From NCBI GenBank assembly GCA_964016885.1, contig OZ024745.1, positions 34,162,001 to 34,226,000 of the forward strand: 64,000 nucleotides of DNA, read 5' to 3'. Of the stretch, positions 18,421 to 33,155 are shown in pieces. The stretch's first letter is position 1, and the number at the start of each line of letters is the position of its first letter. This DNA comes from Eledone cirrhosa. Its lineage: Eukaryota. The notes under the pieces were generated by a model. The model searched no databases. It was given only the letters and a program-made list of their open reading frames with translations, and was not told where the DNA came from. The position numbers and the translations under genes were made by a program.

Positions 18421-18929
18421 ATATATTTTACAGATAACATATTATGTTGTTCTTCTGGATGTATGTATGAATGAATGGACAACCAACATATTATTTCTAG
18501 TATAATATAGATAAATCATGGATCGTATAAATATTACACGATTCATGCCGTATTTAAATCCCGTTACATTACTGACACTGAGCACTGCGAGCGGTGATTT
18601 TAATCTTTGTCTATTAGTCATGGCAGCAGCAGTAAATTTGAGTTGCAGTAGTAGTTATTGCAGCAGGAGTCGTCCTGGTGTATGTATAGTTGCAGTTGTC
18701 GAAAAATCACTGCAGTGGGTGTTGCAGTAGTAGGGGCCAGTGTTATTGCAGTAGTAACCATTCGTAGACGCGCGGCAGGAAAAACCCAGGCCGTTGCGAC
18801 TATGGAATTGCTCAGCGCTGGTGACCACATAGACGCAGAACCTGAACCTAAAACTAAACCCGAACGTAAACCTCAGCCTGAACTTAAATACAAACCAAAG
18901 GAGGAACTCTACTACGAATATATTCTCAC

Positions 18930-19818
18930 TGGCTACATCAACAACATCAAGAATAAAAACAAGAAGAAGAACAACAACAGCAACTACAAATACAATAAGA
19001 ACAACATTATCAAAAACAAAGACGACCACAACAATATCGTTAACACGAATATCATCAATAAGATAATAACAATAATAATAATACTAATTGGCGAAAGGAA
19101 CCGCTTTGTAATCGTCTTTGTAATATTAATCAACAGTGTCATTATCATCAGGCATACAACATACGACATTAGTGATATACGCAACCAAAATACCACCACC
19201 ACCAACGACAATAAGACGGAAAACAACAACAACAATAGCTACAACAACAACAACAACAATAATATAACTAGTGGTAATAATAATATTAATAACTGTACCG
19301 GTTACATCGTTGTCACTATTGTCGCCAGCATCACTCACGACACTAATAGCACTAATAATAACATTACCAGCAACAACAACAACAACAACAACAACAACAA
19401 CGGCAGCAACAATAATAGCATCACCAACAGCAGCAGTAACAATAACTACGACAGCGGCGACTACAACAACAACAACAACAACAACTACAACTACAACAAT
19501 TACAACAATAACAACAGCAACAACGGACAAACTGTATTAAATCGAGCAGCACAGGAGTTTCAAGGGTTGTTACACGCGTTGGTCATTATCTCATGGTATA
19601 AAAAAGAGGGATTTCATTTTGGTGGAGGACCACTGCTTAAAAAGAAGGAGGATAAACAAGCTGTTTGATTGACTCTTCTCAGGTGTCATGTTGACGACAC
19701 AAGGACATACCACAACGTCAACTTCTGCTACTACCACTACTACTACCACTACTACTACTACTACTACTATTACTACTACTACTACTACTACTACTACAAC
19801 TACTACTACTACTACTAT

Positions 19819-19874
<56 letters not shown>

Positions 19875-20570
19875 GTTCTACTTTTACTATTACTACTTTC
19901 ACTATTACGACTACTAATGGCACCTCTGTATTAAGCACAGCAGCAACATTAACTGTAATTACAGCTTATACAATAATATCCTCACCACCACCACCACCAC
20001 CACCACAACCACCACCACCAACACTAACACTAACACCAACTAAAATAACACTACCTTTCCTACTACAACAACCACAAGCACCAACACCTACATCTCTGTC
20101 AGCCCCACCTCCACAATCACCATCATCACCACCACAAACAACAACAACAGCAACAACAAAACTACTCTCAATAATACCACAGTTAACAACTATACCAGGC
20201 AGTTTTATACCTTACACCTTTCATATAAAACATTTACTACCTCTTTTTTTTTTTTTACATTTATAATTTCAACCTTTCTTTCTCTTCCTCCACTTCCTCC
20301 TCCCCGCACTCCTACTTTTTCTCGGACTTCCTCATTTACTGACTCTGCCGGCATATCACTTTCATCATTTCCATCATCATCGTCGTCATCATCATTATTA
20401 TTCTTATTATCAGCATCATCATCATAGTCCTAGTTATATTATGTTTGAAGCTCTCTGCCTCGGCTAGCCGGTTGCTTGCCTCAAATGAACAGAGAGCGGA
20501 GGAAAAGCATCGGCCCGAACACCGCCAAAAGTCGTCGTTCAAGTGCGGCCGGCTGTATTATCACGGCTTT

Positions 20571-20635
<65 letters not shown>

Positions 20636-21630
20636 GGGTCATCCATAAAACAACAATAACAGCACCCCCAGAGAAAAAAGAAATATTAGCACTACCACCG
20701 CAACCACCGCCACCATCACCATCTCCATTCCCACCACCACCAACATCTTCCCAATCATTGCAATTACTTCATCAGATTTCATTTGTAACTTTACCACCAA
20801 CACACCCACCCCAGCCACCACCACCACCACCACCACCACCACCATCGTCACCACCACCCCAACCACCCCCGCCTCCAACAACAACAACAACAACAACAAC
20901 ACTACCACTAGCAGCATCATCTTCCTCAACATCATCGCTAATATCAACCCCATCACCAACATCAGCATCGTCATCTTTTTCACCTCCGTCATCACCCTCA
21001 TCATCATCATCATCATCATCACCCTCATCATCATCATCATCATTGTTATCTTTTCTAACAACCTTATCAAAACTACGTTTCTTATTCTTCCACCCCTCTC
21101 TCTATCTTTGTCCCTTTCTAAACTCTCCCTTACAATTATTCCAATGATTGCTGTACAATCACCGCTACTACAACAACTACAACAACTAATTATACTACAA
21201 AAACAAAAACTACTAATCTTACTACGACTGTTATTACTAATAACATTGCTAGTTATAGAATCTATATTACAGTATTTACTCATAACTATATCGCTTCAAC
21301 GTCGAAAAGAACTCTTAACGCAAACCTTATTACTATTACTTATATTATTACTACTACTATTACAGCTATATATAATATTACCACCACCGCTACTGCTACG
21401 GCTACTGTCAAACTCGCCTTCACTTTCATTTCTACAATCAAAATTATCATTAGCGAAATTATCATCATCTTCATTAACACCATTATTATCTCCATCATCA
21501 TCATCGAAGTCCTTATCATTATCATCATTAGCAGCATCATCGTTAGTATTATCCACTCTACACCTCCAAAAATATTCGTTACCGTGTAGCATACCCCTAT
21601 ATACTACTACTATTACTACTACTGCTAGTG
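18930..21630. repeat. Compound trinucleotide field (AAC, ACT, CCA, CAT) with unique-sequence islands
   Basis: Pure (ACT)n runs at about 19728-19873 and 20572-20634; the + strand is consistently A/C-rich. Confidence 0.9.
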
Positions 21631-21813
21631 GTAGATGTAAGGGTGAGTGGTGGTCACACCTGGCAACAAGACAGCAAATGTGGTTGTCCCCTTTTAGTCG
21701 TTTTTCTTGACCTCCTGTAGAACAATATAAATAATCAAAGTCTGGTTATGTGGAATGTATTAATGCGACAGTGTTACCGAAATTTGAATGACCTACTGTC
21801 GGGGTCATTTTGG

Positions 21814-21925
<112 letters not shown>

Positions 21926-22385
21926 TTATATATGTATATGTATATGTATGTATATGCATATATATGTATGTATATATATATATATATGCATGTTTGCATA
22001 TATATATACATATATATATGTATGTTTGTGTGTGTGTGTATATATATGTATATATATATATATGCCACCTATATTCTTGATATCCCCCCTCTAAATTCTT
22101 TCTGCTCCTATCTATACCGCTCTTTCTTTCTACGTTTTTCCTTTCCTCTTTCCTTTTAGGCAAATCCTTACAAAAATGCATAGCAGAACATAATACATAA
22201 ATATATTATACACATTAAAATAATATCACCCACAATACGTCTTTTTATTTTCAACACAAATATATATAAATACATACAGAAATCTATATACACATATACA
22301 TATATACCGAGAGAGAACGCACATTCTTTTCTATAATCAACAAATACTTCACGCATTCACATACACCAAATATAATATAAATACA

Positions 22386-22461
<76 letters not shown>

Positions 22462-22937
22462 TATATATATTTGTCATAGACACGAACACAATATTGCTAC
22501 ATACATTTTATTTGGTGGGAGAAAATTTTTTTCTCCCACCACGAGGTCCCCACCCACCCAAAAAACCTCGTGTCACTTGCCCCTAACCAACAGCGGGGGA
22601 GTTTGTCGGAATCCTGCGAACTCTTTAAATCAAGGTGAGTCTATACGTAGTAAAAAAAAATCTAGTGATTAATAATGATAATAATAATAATACTAACTAT
22701 AAAAGAAGAAAAGATATCTTAACAAATGATAATGGAAATGATAAAAAAAATTAAGAAAAAAAAAGTAATATTGTTTGTTGTGTGTTTTTGTAGGGTTGTT
22801 TATATATTTATTATAGTCTGTTCTTTATTTTTAAGCAGTATAATTTTATTTTAGCAACACGCGTCACTCACACACCGATGTATTTATGTCTACATATAGC
22901 AAAACGTTCCCGCGTTATATATATATACATATATATA

Positions 22938-23194
22938 TAAGTTTATATACACACAGACATTAACACAAACTCACACACACACATATACACTTGCGCACAT
23001 ACATCTGTATATATATACAGGCTTATATATACACACGCGTACGCATATATATATATATGTATATATATATAAATACATACACGTTTCATATGCGTACGCG
23101 TGTGTATATATATATAAGCCTGTATATATACAGATGTGCGCGAGTGTATATGTGAGGGTGAGTTTGTGTTAATGTTTGTGTGTATATAAACTTA
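22938..23194. repeat. Foldback inverted repeat, ~110-bp arms and ~40-nt loop
   Basis: taagtttatatacacacagacattaacacaaactcac...aggcttatatat..acacacgcgtacgcatat is mirrored at 23088-23194. Confidence 0.85.
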
Positions 23195-23333
23195 TTGATT
23201 CAACGGCTATAAATAACAACACGAACATTGGATATATAACACACATACATACATACATACTTTCATACAAACACGTGCATACTTCATAGTTACATACGTG
23301 CGCACGTAATACATGCACATACGCACAAAGCAT

Positions 23334-23380
<47 letters not shown>

Positions 23381-23453
23381 GACTATCCAGCGAATTTTCA
23401 ACCGTCAAGGTTGTTTTCCATGGTTATGTCACTATTTATAAAACAAAATTTTG

Positions 23454-23518
23454 TATTTTATCTGATGAAAGGGCACCAAGGTAGGCATGGTCGCTCTTGA
23501 AATATATATAATAAAATA
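23454..23518 (+). ncRNA. Minimal type-I hammerhead ribozyme (intact core)
   Basis: TATTTTAT-CTGATGA-AAGGGCACCA(aggtaggca)TGGT-C-GCTCTT-GAAA-TATATA-TA-ATAAAATA: perfect 8-bp stem I, 10-bp stem II, palindromic stem III. Predicted cut after 23510. Confidence 0.85.
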
Positions 23519-23547
23519 ATTATGGTTTTATAAATATAGTTTCCATT

Positions 23548-23594
<47 letters not shown>

Positions 23595-23706
23595 GATATA
23601 TGTTTATACATATAAATATTATATAAATTACCCGCTCTGCATATATATATATATATATATATAATACGATATTAACAAATGGAAACTATATTTATAAAAC
23701 CATATT

Positions 23707-23771
23707 TATTTCATTATACATATTTCAAAGACACCAAGTTAAATTATGGTGTGCTTTCATCAGATAAAATA
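23707..23771 (-). ncRNA. Minimal type-I hammerhead ribozyme (intact core), second copy
   Basis: TATTTTAT-CTGATGA-AAGCACACCA(taatttaact)TGGTGTCTTT-GAAA-TATGTA-TA-ATGAAATA. Confidence 0.8.
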
Positions 23772-23809
23772 TAATATAGAGCAGTTTTATAAATAAATAA
23801 TAAATATTT

Positions 23810-23976
23810 ATAAAATTTATAAAACTGCTTTATATTATATTTTATCTGATGAAAGCACACCATAATTTTACTTGGTGTCCTTGAAATCGTATTTTTACTC
23901 CAATTATTTGTTGAGTGCTTTATATCAGTTATAAAAATATTTGCTTGTTGTATCCCAACAATTTAAATAGAACTTT

Positions 23977-23980
<4 letters not shown>
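23810..23980 (+). mobile_element. Third copy of the hammerhead element, inverted against copy 2, cleavage site deleted
   Basis: CTGATGA at 23846 and GAAA at 23883, then a jump to the downstream tail ttgttgagtgc homologous to 7130-7220 (-). Confidence 0.75.
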
Positions 23981-24039
<59 letters not shown>

Positions 24040-24100
24040 TAATAAAAACAATGAAATAAAAACAAAGAAGAAGTTCCTTATATTAAAAAATTCATCATTT

Positions 24101-24315
<215 letters not shown>

Positions 24316-24369
24316 GTTTATACATATAAATATTATATAAATGTATTGATTTAGTTATCTATCTACCCG

Positions 24370-24425
<56 letters not shown>

Positions 24426-24609
24426 ATTGTATTGATTGTATTGATTATATTGAGTAGTTGATATATTTTCGAATACTTTTAATACTTCTGTACTGTAGTC
24501 GCTTGGAAGGTTATTATTTGCTAAACATTAGGAATTACTACTGAGGCAGCACAATACATGGGTAGCACCAGGACTACATAATCTAGATACACGTATTTTA
24601 TTTCATCAT

Positions 24610-24940
24610 CGTGATTATGCAATTATGGTCGTCGATGTTGATGATGATGATGATAACATTTGTGGCGGTGAGAAAGATGATGGTGGTGGTGGTGGTGATG
24701 GTGATGGTGGTGCTGGTGGTTGTGGTGGTGGTGGTGGTGAGAATGATGTTGATGTGGTTGAAAATAATGATGATGAAGTTGATGATTAGGGTAATAATGA
24801 TGATCGTGGTGAGAATGTTGGTGGTGGTGATGATGATGATGATAATGAGGATGATGGCGGTGAGAATAATAGTGATGAAAATGATGATGATAATTCTGGT
24901 CGTCAGAATGATGATGAAGATTGTGATGATTCCCCATCTA
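24610..24940. repeat. Degenerate (GAT/GGT)n trinucleotide tract
   Basis: Direct reading. Confidence 0.9.
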
Positions 24941-25014
24941 TAGAGTTATAATAATAAAGAAAATCAAAATACGTCTTAGCATATTAGTTTTGTTATTTAA
25001 TCAAGTTTTTTTTT

Positions 25015-25668
25015 ATGTTCAGATTTAATTCGCGCCTGGGTCGATAGAATAAACTACTGGGTATATTTCGAACAAATGACTTATACATTCACCTATCTTA
25101 AAATCTGAGGTCTTGTTTATATTTTAGAAACAAATTATTGTTCATCGTTTGCTCTATTGATCCTATCATTTTATTCAGTACCTTATATTATTTTGTTCTT
25201 CTTCTATATTATGTTGCACTCATGTAATGTCCCAAAAGTGTTCGGCCCTTGTGGACAATAAATAGTATTAACGATTGATATATATTATGAACGGCTTATA
25301 AAAAGTATTATTATTGGTTATTGGTTATTTCATATCCCGTCGAAATCAACTTTACCTGTTATCCTTCTGACGTTGATAAAATGAAGAAACAATTAAGTAC
25401 GGGACCCAAAATAATCGACTTCCCCATCCCACAAATTGTTCGCCTTGGGCCAATGATAGAAACAATTACTTAACCCGCTGAGGTTAGTTTTGCTTTTCAT
25501 CCTTACGGGGTCGATTTAATCGACTTGAAATTGCAAGACTTGTGCCTATACATCCTCTGTTTTTTTTTGTTTTTTTACACGCAGAAATGCCCATTTGTAC
25601 CGTCCTGTATTGTCCTGTACTGTCCTTAATGTCTGCTTTGTGTAAACCCTTGTGGTTAATAAAGAAAG

Positions 25669-25716
<48 letters not shown>

Positions 25717-25980
25717 CTGAGTTCAAATCCCGCCGAGGTTAACTTTGCTTTTCATCCTTACGGGGTTGATAAAATAAAGTACCAGTAATACACTGAGATA
25801 ATTGGCAGTATCGGTAGAGGGTTGGACGCCATGCTTTGATGCATAGAGTTACGGCCCTTGCCATTCTGAGTTCAAATCCCGCCTAGGTTAACTTTGCCTT
25901 TCATCCTTACAGGGTCGATAAAATAAAGTATCAGTAATGCACTTGGGGTAATTGCTGGCCTTGTGCCAAAAGTAGAAACA

Positions 25981-26022
<42 letters not shown>

Positions 26023-26555
26023 GTTGTTGTTGTTGTTGTTATATTATACCATACTCGATTGCTATACCCCCCCCCCCCACGTAACTTACGTAACCTATCT
26101 TTGCAATGCCTCCTTCAGTGGACACCTCTGTGGCAAATAAAAGTTCAGAGTAATAATTAATTAATATTATTGTGGATTCCATGCTTTGTAGCATAGAGTT
26201 ACGCCCCTTTTCGATCTGAGTTCAAATCCCGCCAAGGTTAACTTTGCCTTTCATCCTTACGCGGTCGATAAAATAAAGTACCAGTAATGCACTGGATTAA
26301 TTGGTGGCCTTGTGCCAAAAAGTAGAAACAATTATTATTGTGGATTTGCACTTTCTGTAGAGAGTCGGAAAACATGCTTTGCGGCATATAGTTACGGCCC
26401 TTTACTTTCTAATTTCAAATACCGCTGAGGTTAGCATTGCTTTACATCCTTACGGGGTCGATAAAATAAAGTATCAGTAACGAACTGCGGTGGATCTAAT
26501 CGACTTTTCCTTCCCCTCAAAATTGCTGGCCTTGTGCCTAAATCAGAAACCTCTA
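25015..26555 (+). mobile_element. Head-to-tail array of about 7 MetaSINE-like copies
   Basis: Repeated gagttcaaatcccgcc.aggttaactttgc.tttcatccttacggggtcgataaaataaagta.cagta at about 25330, 25480, 25720, 25865, 26215 and 26410, with (ATT)n spacers. The central motif resembles the Meta domain of MetaSINE/Sauria SINEs. Confidence 0.88.
25545..25715 (+). mobile_element. Tx1-like LINE 3' UTR stub with (ATT)n tail
   Basis: Ends cccttgtggttaataaagaaagcat(tat)n, similar to the Tx1-like 3' end at 60770 (ctgtggctaataaagaaacat) and to 25245-25270. Confidence 0.55.
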
Positions 26556-26799
26556 TTATTATTAGTAGTAATATAAGTAGTAATATTGGTGTTGATGGTG
26601 GCGGTGGTAGTAGTATTAGTTGTTGCAATAGGTTTGTAAATGAGTTGATATTTAGTGTAAATAAAGTTTCGTGTGAAGGCTGGAAGAAAAAGGAAAAGGG
26701 TGGTAATTTGTATCTGGATAGAGGGCAGCAGTAGGTCTATGGTACACAGATTTCTACCTCTCGCCACTGTTGGGGCACCTTAAATGGGTATATGTTTAG

Positions 26800-27480
<681 letters not shown>

Positions 27481-28489
27481 ATATGTGGGTGTCTGTACAT
27501 ATTTAAATGTGGGGGTGTACATACTAGATTATTGATTGACTGTTGGTGTTAGCCAGGTATTGAATTTAGGAAAAACATGATTTCTATCATATTATTATAA
27601 TATATTGATACATTTGTACCACTGGTAGCACATTTAGAGAATATGATCAATCAAACATCATCAACATCACCATTATCAGCGTTACAATCATCATAATCAT
27701 CACCATCAGCAGCATATCGTTACTCAATATGACCCTTATCATCATTCCCATCACCAATCTTGCCTATCGTAAAAGCGTGAGGCCAAGTGGTTAACATTGG
27801 ATGCATGATGAAAGGTCGCGGGTTTGATGTATGGACCGGGGCGATGTGTTGTGTTCTTGAGCTAGACACTGCATTTCCCGTTGCATTTCCGTTTAGTGAT
27901 ATGACTGAGCTTCCCAACATTAATAGACACGAGAAATCTCCTATGGAATGCAGTCTTGTAAGAGTCCAGCTAAACCTGTATATATGTGAGCTGTAAATTT
28001 CATTTCCTTTTCATTTCTACTGACATTGAATGACTGTTCCCTAACAATCCACACTAACTATACTTCCCTGTTTAAAACATCTGATTGAAGCTGAATTTGA
28101 ATTTTTTAAACGAATGCCTTGGTGGCGAGAATGATGTATTAATTGTGTAATATTTTCTGTAATATTTTGTTATGTGTGTTTATGTTTATCAGACTTTTGT
28201 GTAACTGCATATCTAATGTGGTGATTATATAGTTTGTAGTTTTTTCTTAGAAAGTGTGCTTAAACATGTGTGCGGGCGTAAGTATTTATTTATGCATGTA
28301 AGCATGTTTGTATATATATATACATACGTAAGTTAGTGACGGACGCGAGAAAAAGTATTCCATTCAAGAATAGCGTTTAAATATTAATGTATTATTGCTA
28401 TGTTACTCTAGAGTTTCTCCTGCGCACTCGCAAGATCAACAGACACACACGCGCGCACACACACACAACACACACCTATGTATGCATTA

Positions 28490-29260
<771 letters not shown>

Positions 29261-29572
29261 GTAATGTCCTTAATCGGTCACAAATGATCAAGGGTTTTTC
29301 ACTTGAAATTCCCCACCGAGACACAGTTCCTCCTCTCTAGGCCACCATTATGTGCAAGAGACAGGCAAAGGAGAATGCGGCTAGACATCAGCGACATTGC
29401 AAATTATTTCTAAAGCTCAGTGAACTGGAGCAACGTAAAATAATTGTTGCTCAAGGAGAGAAAGTATTGAATTCACAACCTCCCGATTGCGTATGCAAAC
29501 CACTGAGACACGTGCCTTCACACATACAAACACATATATGTGTGCGTGTGCGATACACGTGTACGCACACAC

Positions 29573-29622
<50 letters not shown>

Positions 29623-29625
29623 ACA

Positions 29626-29683
<58 letters not shown>

Positions 29684-29769
29684 AATTAATAAGAACAATG
29701 AATAAAGACAAAGAAACAGTTCTTTATATTAAAAAATTCATCATTTTACGATCGTTCTAGGATATATAT

Positions 29770-29915
<146 letters not shown>

Positions 29916-31299
29916 GTTTGAAGGCACGTGGCTTAGTGGTTAGAGTGTTGGATACACAATATATTAACATATATATATATATATGTTAATACATACATCC
30001 ATACATACATGTATACGTTTGGCAATTATCAACATACCGTTGCTAATTATACACCTTCTTCAGATAATACATAATTATTATCATTATCATTTACGCTAGC
30101 CATCTACATTACATGTATCTAACAGTAATAATCGCAATCATATTTGGAATCACAATAAGAATTATTTTGCTATTAATTATAATATATATTATGAAGGTAA
30201 TAGTTCTTTGTAACAGCTCATTATTTTAATGGTGGTAAATACAAGATTTGGAACATGTCAATGGAGTATTGAACATTCTCTTACTGATTCCATTTGACGC
30301 AAATTATGGCATCTTGGGCTCTATTGCTATATGTGTTGAAGGTGGAAAGAGGTGCCAGCATATAATGTATCAGAATCTCGTCATATATTTCTGATGAGAT
30401 AAAATATCATCGGTGACTTGATACTGAAGACATTGGTGCGTGTATTATTTTGGTGCAGGCATCTCTTAGTGGTTTAGAGTTCTCTTCACAATCATTAGGT
30501 CACAGGCTCAATCCCAATGCGAGGTATTCTGGGGCACGGGTAATTTACTATAGCCTTGACTCCAACAGAAAATGTGTCTTGTGAATGGAATTGTGTTTCT
30601 GAAAATTATTTAGAAGTCCATCGGGTGGATTGTATCTGCAATTACAAATAAAAATAGAAACAATAATGAATAGCAAATTTGACCAGGGCTGGATTTGATA
30701 CCAGAACGGAATATCACAATCATTTAGTCTGACGCTCCAACGATTCTGCTAATCCACCAATAATAACGACTACAAAAACAACCGACACTATAATGTCGAT
30801 GATGATGATAATGATGATGATGATGATGATAATAATGGTAATAGTGATTTATTTTTAGACACAAGGACCCAAAATATTTGCGATAGGAGATAAGCGAATT
30901 ACAAATGGAAATATAATAGGACAAATAATTATGGTTTAATATTATGTAAGAAGCTAAGATTATCAATAATAATGATGTCACATTAATAAGTAGACAATGA
31001 GAAATGTCCTAATCACATAGAACAAAAATATAAGATGATAGGATCCGCCAAATGAAAGGTGGTAACCACTTTATGTTATTTGAGATCCAAAAACACAACC
31101 CTGGTTTACTATCTCCCTCAAATGACAATACCTTGTTCCAATTCTTGTTACTTGTCTACACCTGTATAATTGATATAGGACCATCTAGGCACACTGTTTC
31201 ACCATGCGGTACTTAGAGGTAATAATGAGGGCTTCAACTGAGAATAAAAGCGTTATCCTCAAATTTTGCAGCCTCGCCAGTAATATCACTTTCTTCTTC

Positions 31300-31800
31300 A
31301 AAGCCACCAGACGGTCTGATCTTGAAGATAGTGTCGGTTGATAACCAAATCCGTTCTGTCCTTAGCTATTTGTCAATTCCTCACAAATCATTAATGCACA
31401 GACATCGGACAACTGCGCGCCAGACGGTTTCGGCATTCTGAAGCGTATATTTGACAGGTTTTTCGGTTGATGGCGATTCGCACTCGGTCATGCTTATAAC
31501 GTTGACTCTATATAAAATGTTCGCCTGTCTAACAGGACAAGGATGTTCTGTAATCGCTCATAATCTCTGATCTGAAGGTTCTCCAGAAGAGACTACACAG
31601 TCACTCCTTAAGAAATCCGGTCATTAACTCATATATGTTTCACCAACTCACTATAAAATGTTGGCTTTCCACCGACTACATGATCTAACTAAAAATGGAT
31701 AGTGTGCACTAGACAACATTCCAGATGCCAACTGTTCTATTTCTGTCGGTGCTTGTCGTACGACTTCAGGTCGGTCAAACTGATGCGCTGCAGAAAATTT
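31300..31800 (-). mobile_element. Possible degenerate LINE AP-endonuclease N-terminus
   Basis: Minus strand NRTVGIWNV resembles xGTWNV, and later KHDRVRIAINRK resembles HxxGVGxxI; frameshifted. Confidence 0.4.
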
Positions 31801-31914
31801 CGCGAACGACAATCGCACATGTTGACTATCACTGCTGACAATTTCGTCATCCTCGCCGTCGACAACATCTTGGAACCTCTGTAGACGAATCAGTCTGAGT
31901 GCGCCTGCGCATCA

Positions 31915-32640
31915 CCAACTACGGCATCTTGATTCCCCTAATAGTGGGCGTTAGCTGTAGATGGACGTTTTGACCAATGGAACCTGTCACTTCATCAGGA
32001 AACAAAAATGTATAAGCCTCAATCTGGTTCGAGGTTTCCTAGGACAAGACACGATGGTTAGGCGGAAATATATTACCGAAGCGATAGTGAGGTTATTTAC
32101 ATACAGCCAACATTTCACGGAAAGCTTCGTCGTAGTCAATTTCTGAGTAAGGCTATATACTCTGCTTGCGACCTCTAACCAGTTTTTATCCACTTAGTGA
32201 TCTTGTCTCAACCTGACCCACCACACCACAACTCGGCCCTCTGTCTAGTAACAGTAACTGACGTCTCACATGGACTAGACTTTACAGGTACCGCGTTGCA
32301 AGGTATTCGACGTATTTCGGTTAATGTATGCTTCTATTTCCTCCTGCTACTCGTCTATATTGGTGCCGACCATCACGATGTGTCCAATGTAATGGCAGTG
32401 ACGTCATTCGCATATGCAGACATGGCTTTCCTGTGTTCCAGTTTGATCGGGATAGCCCTCAACGTCTTCTACCTTCACCACAAAGGCTCCAGCGCCACAA
32501 CAAAGAGGAGGCGAGGGTGTGGGGTGACCCTAAACGGACAAAGAATGCAATGCAAAACGTTTCCGATATGGGGTCGTTTAGAGAAATTAGAAAAGGCGTA
32601 ATGAAAATGTGTATTTTATCTATCGCCAGGATACAAAGGA
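31915..32640 (-). mobile_element. Degenerate Tx1/L1-clade reverse transcriptase fragment
   Basis: Across frames: VRLGSP..PRLLFVVALEPL (compare VRQGCPLSPLLFVLALEPL), SAYANDVT (compare YADD), and DKNWLEVASRV..KLSVK...IASVIYFRLTIVSCP. Confidence 0.85.
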
Positions 32641-32978
32641 AGGGAGAAAGAGGTATTGTGTATTGGGCAAGAAGAAAAGGAGAAACAGGGAAGAGTCAAC
32701 AGTATATAAAGAGATAACATTCATTGTTTCATAATAATTTATAATAAATTACTTCGCTCAGGTATTGTCACATCCATAATGTTCGATACCAAACCACCAA
32801 AAACCATTTCCGGTTCTATGATACAAAATTGATTGATTTACCGTGTTTATATTTATCTAAAATTCTTCCATCATAGTTTTATGTAAGAATCTTTGTTACG
32901 TTATGTTCCAAACACCAGCTAAATATGAAAGAAGTTTATTGATTTTTTCTAAATCCCTCCAAAACTTCATTATTTTCT

Positions 32979-33155
32979 TGGCAGTATCGGTAGAGAGTCC
33001 GCCCCATGCTTTCTAGCATAGAGTTACGGCCCTTGCCATTCTGAGTTCAAATCCCACCGAGGTTAACTTTGCCTTTCATCCTTATGGCGTCGATAAAATA
33101 AAGTACCAGTAATGCGCTGGTAATTGCTGGCCTTGTGCTAAAAATAGAAACAATT
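32979..33155 (+). mobile_element. Young near-complete MetaSINE-like copy
   Basis: tggcagtatcggtagag (A-box) ... gagttcaaatcc (B-box) ... ggccttgtgctaaaatagaaacaa. Confidence 0.88.

Noticed and set aside
18835-18900. Telomere-like hexamer run
   Set aside because: Too degenerate (gaacct/aaaact/aaaccc); no true TTAGGG array.
19688-21710. Thr/Pro/Ser-rich mucin-like and Leu-rich ORFs
   Set aside because: They start at TTG/GTG, overlap in several frames on both strands, and are explained by trinucleotide repeats.
24611-24943. His-rich and Met/Val-rich ORFs
   Set aside because: Product of a GAT/GGT repeat tract with no unique coding sequence.
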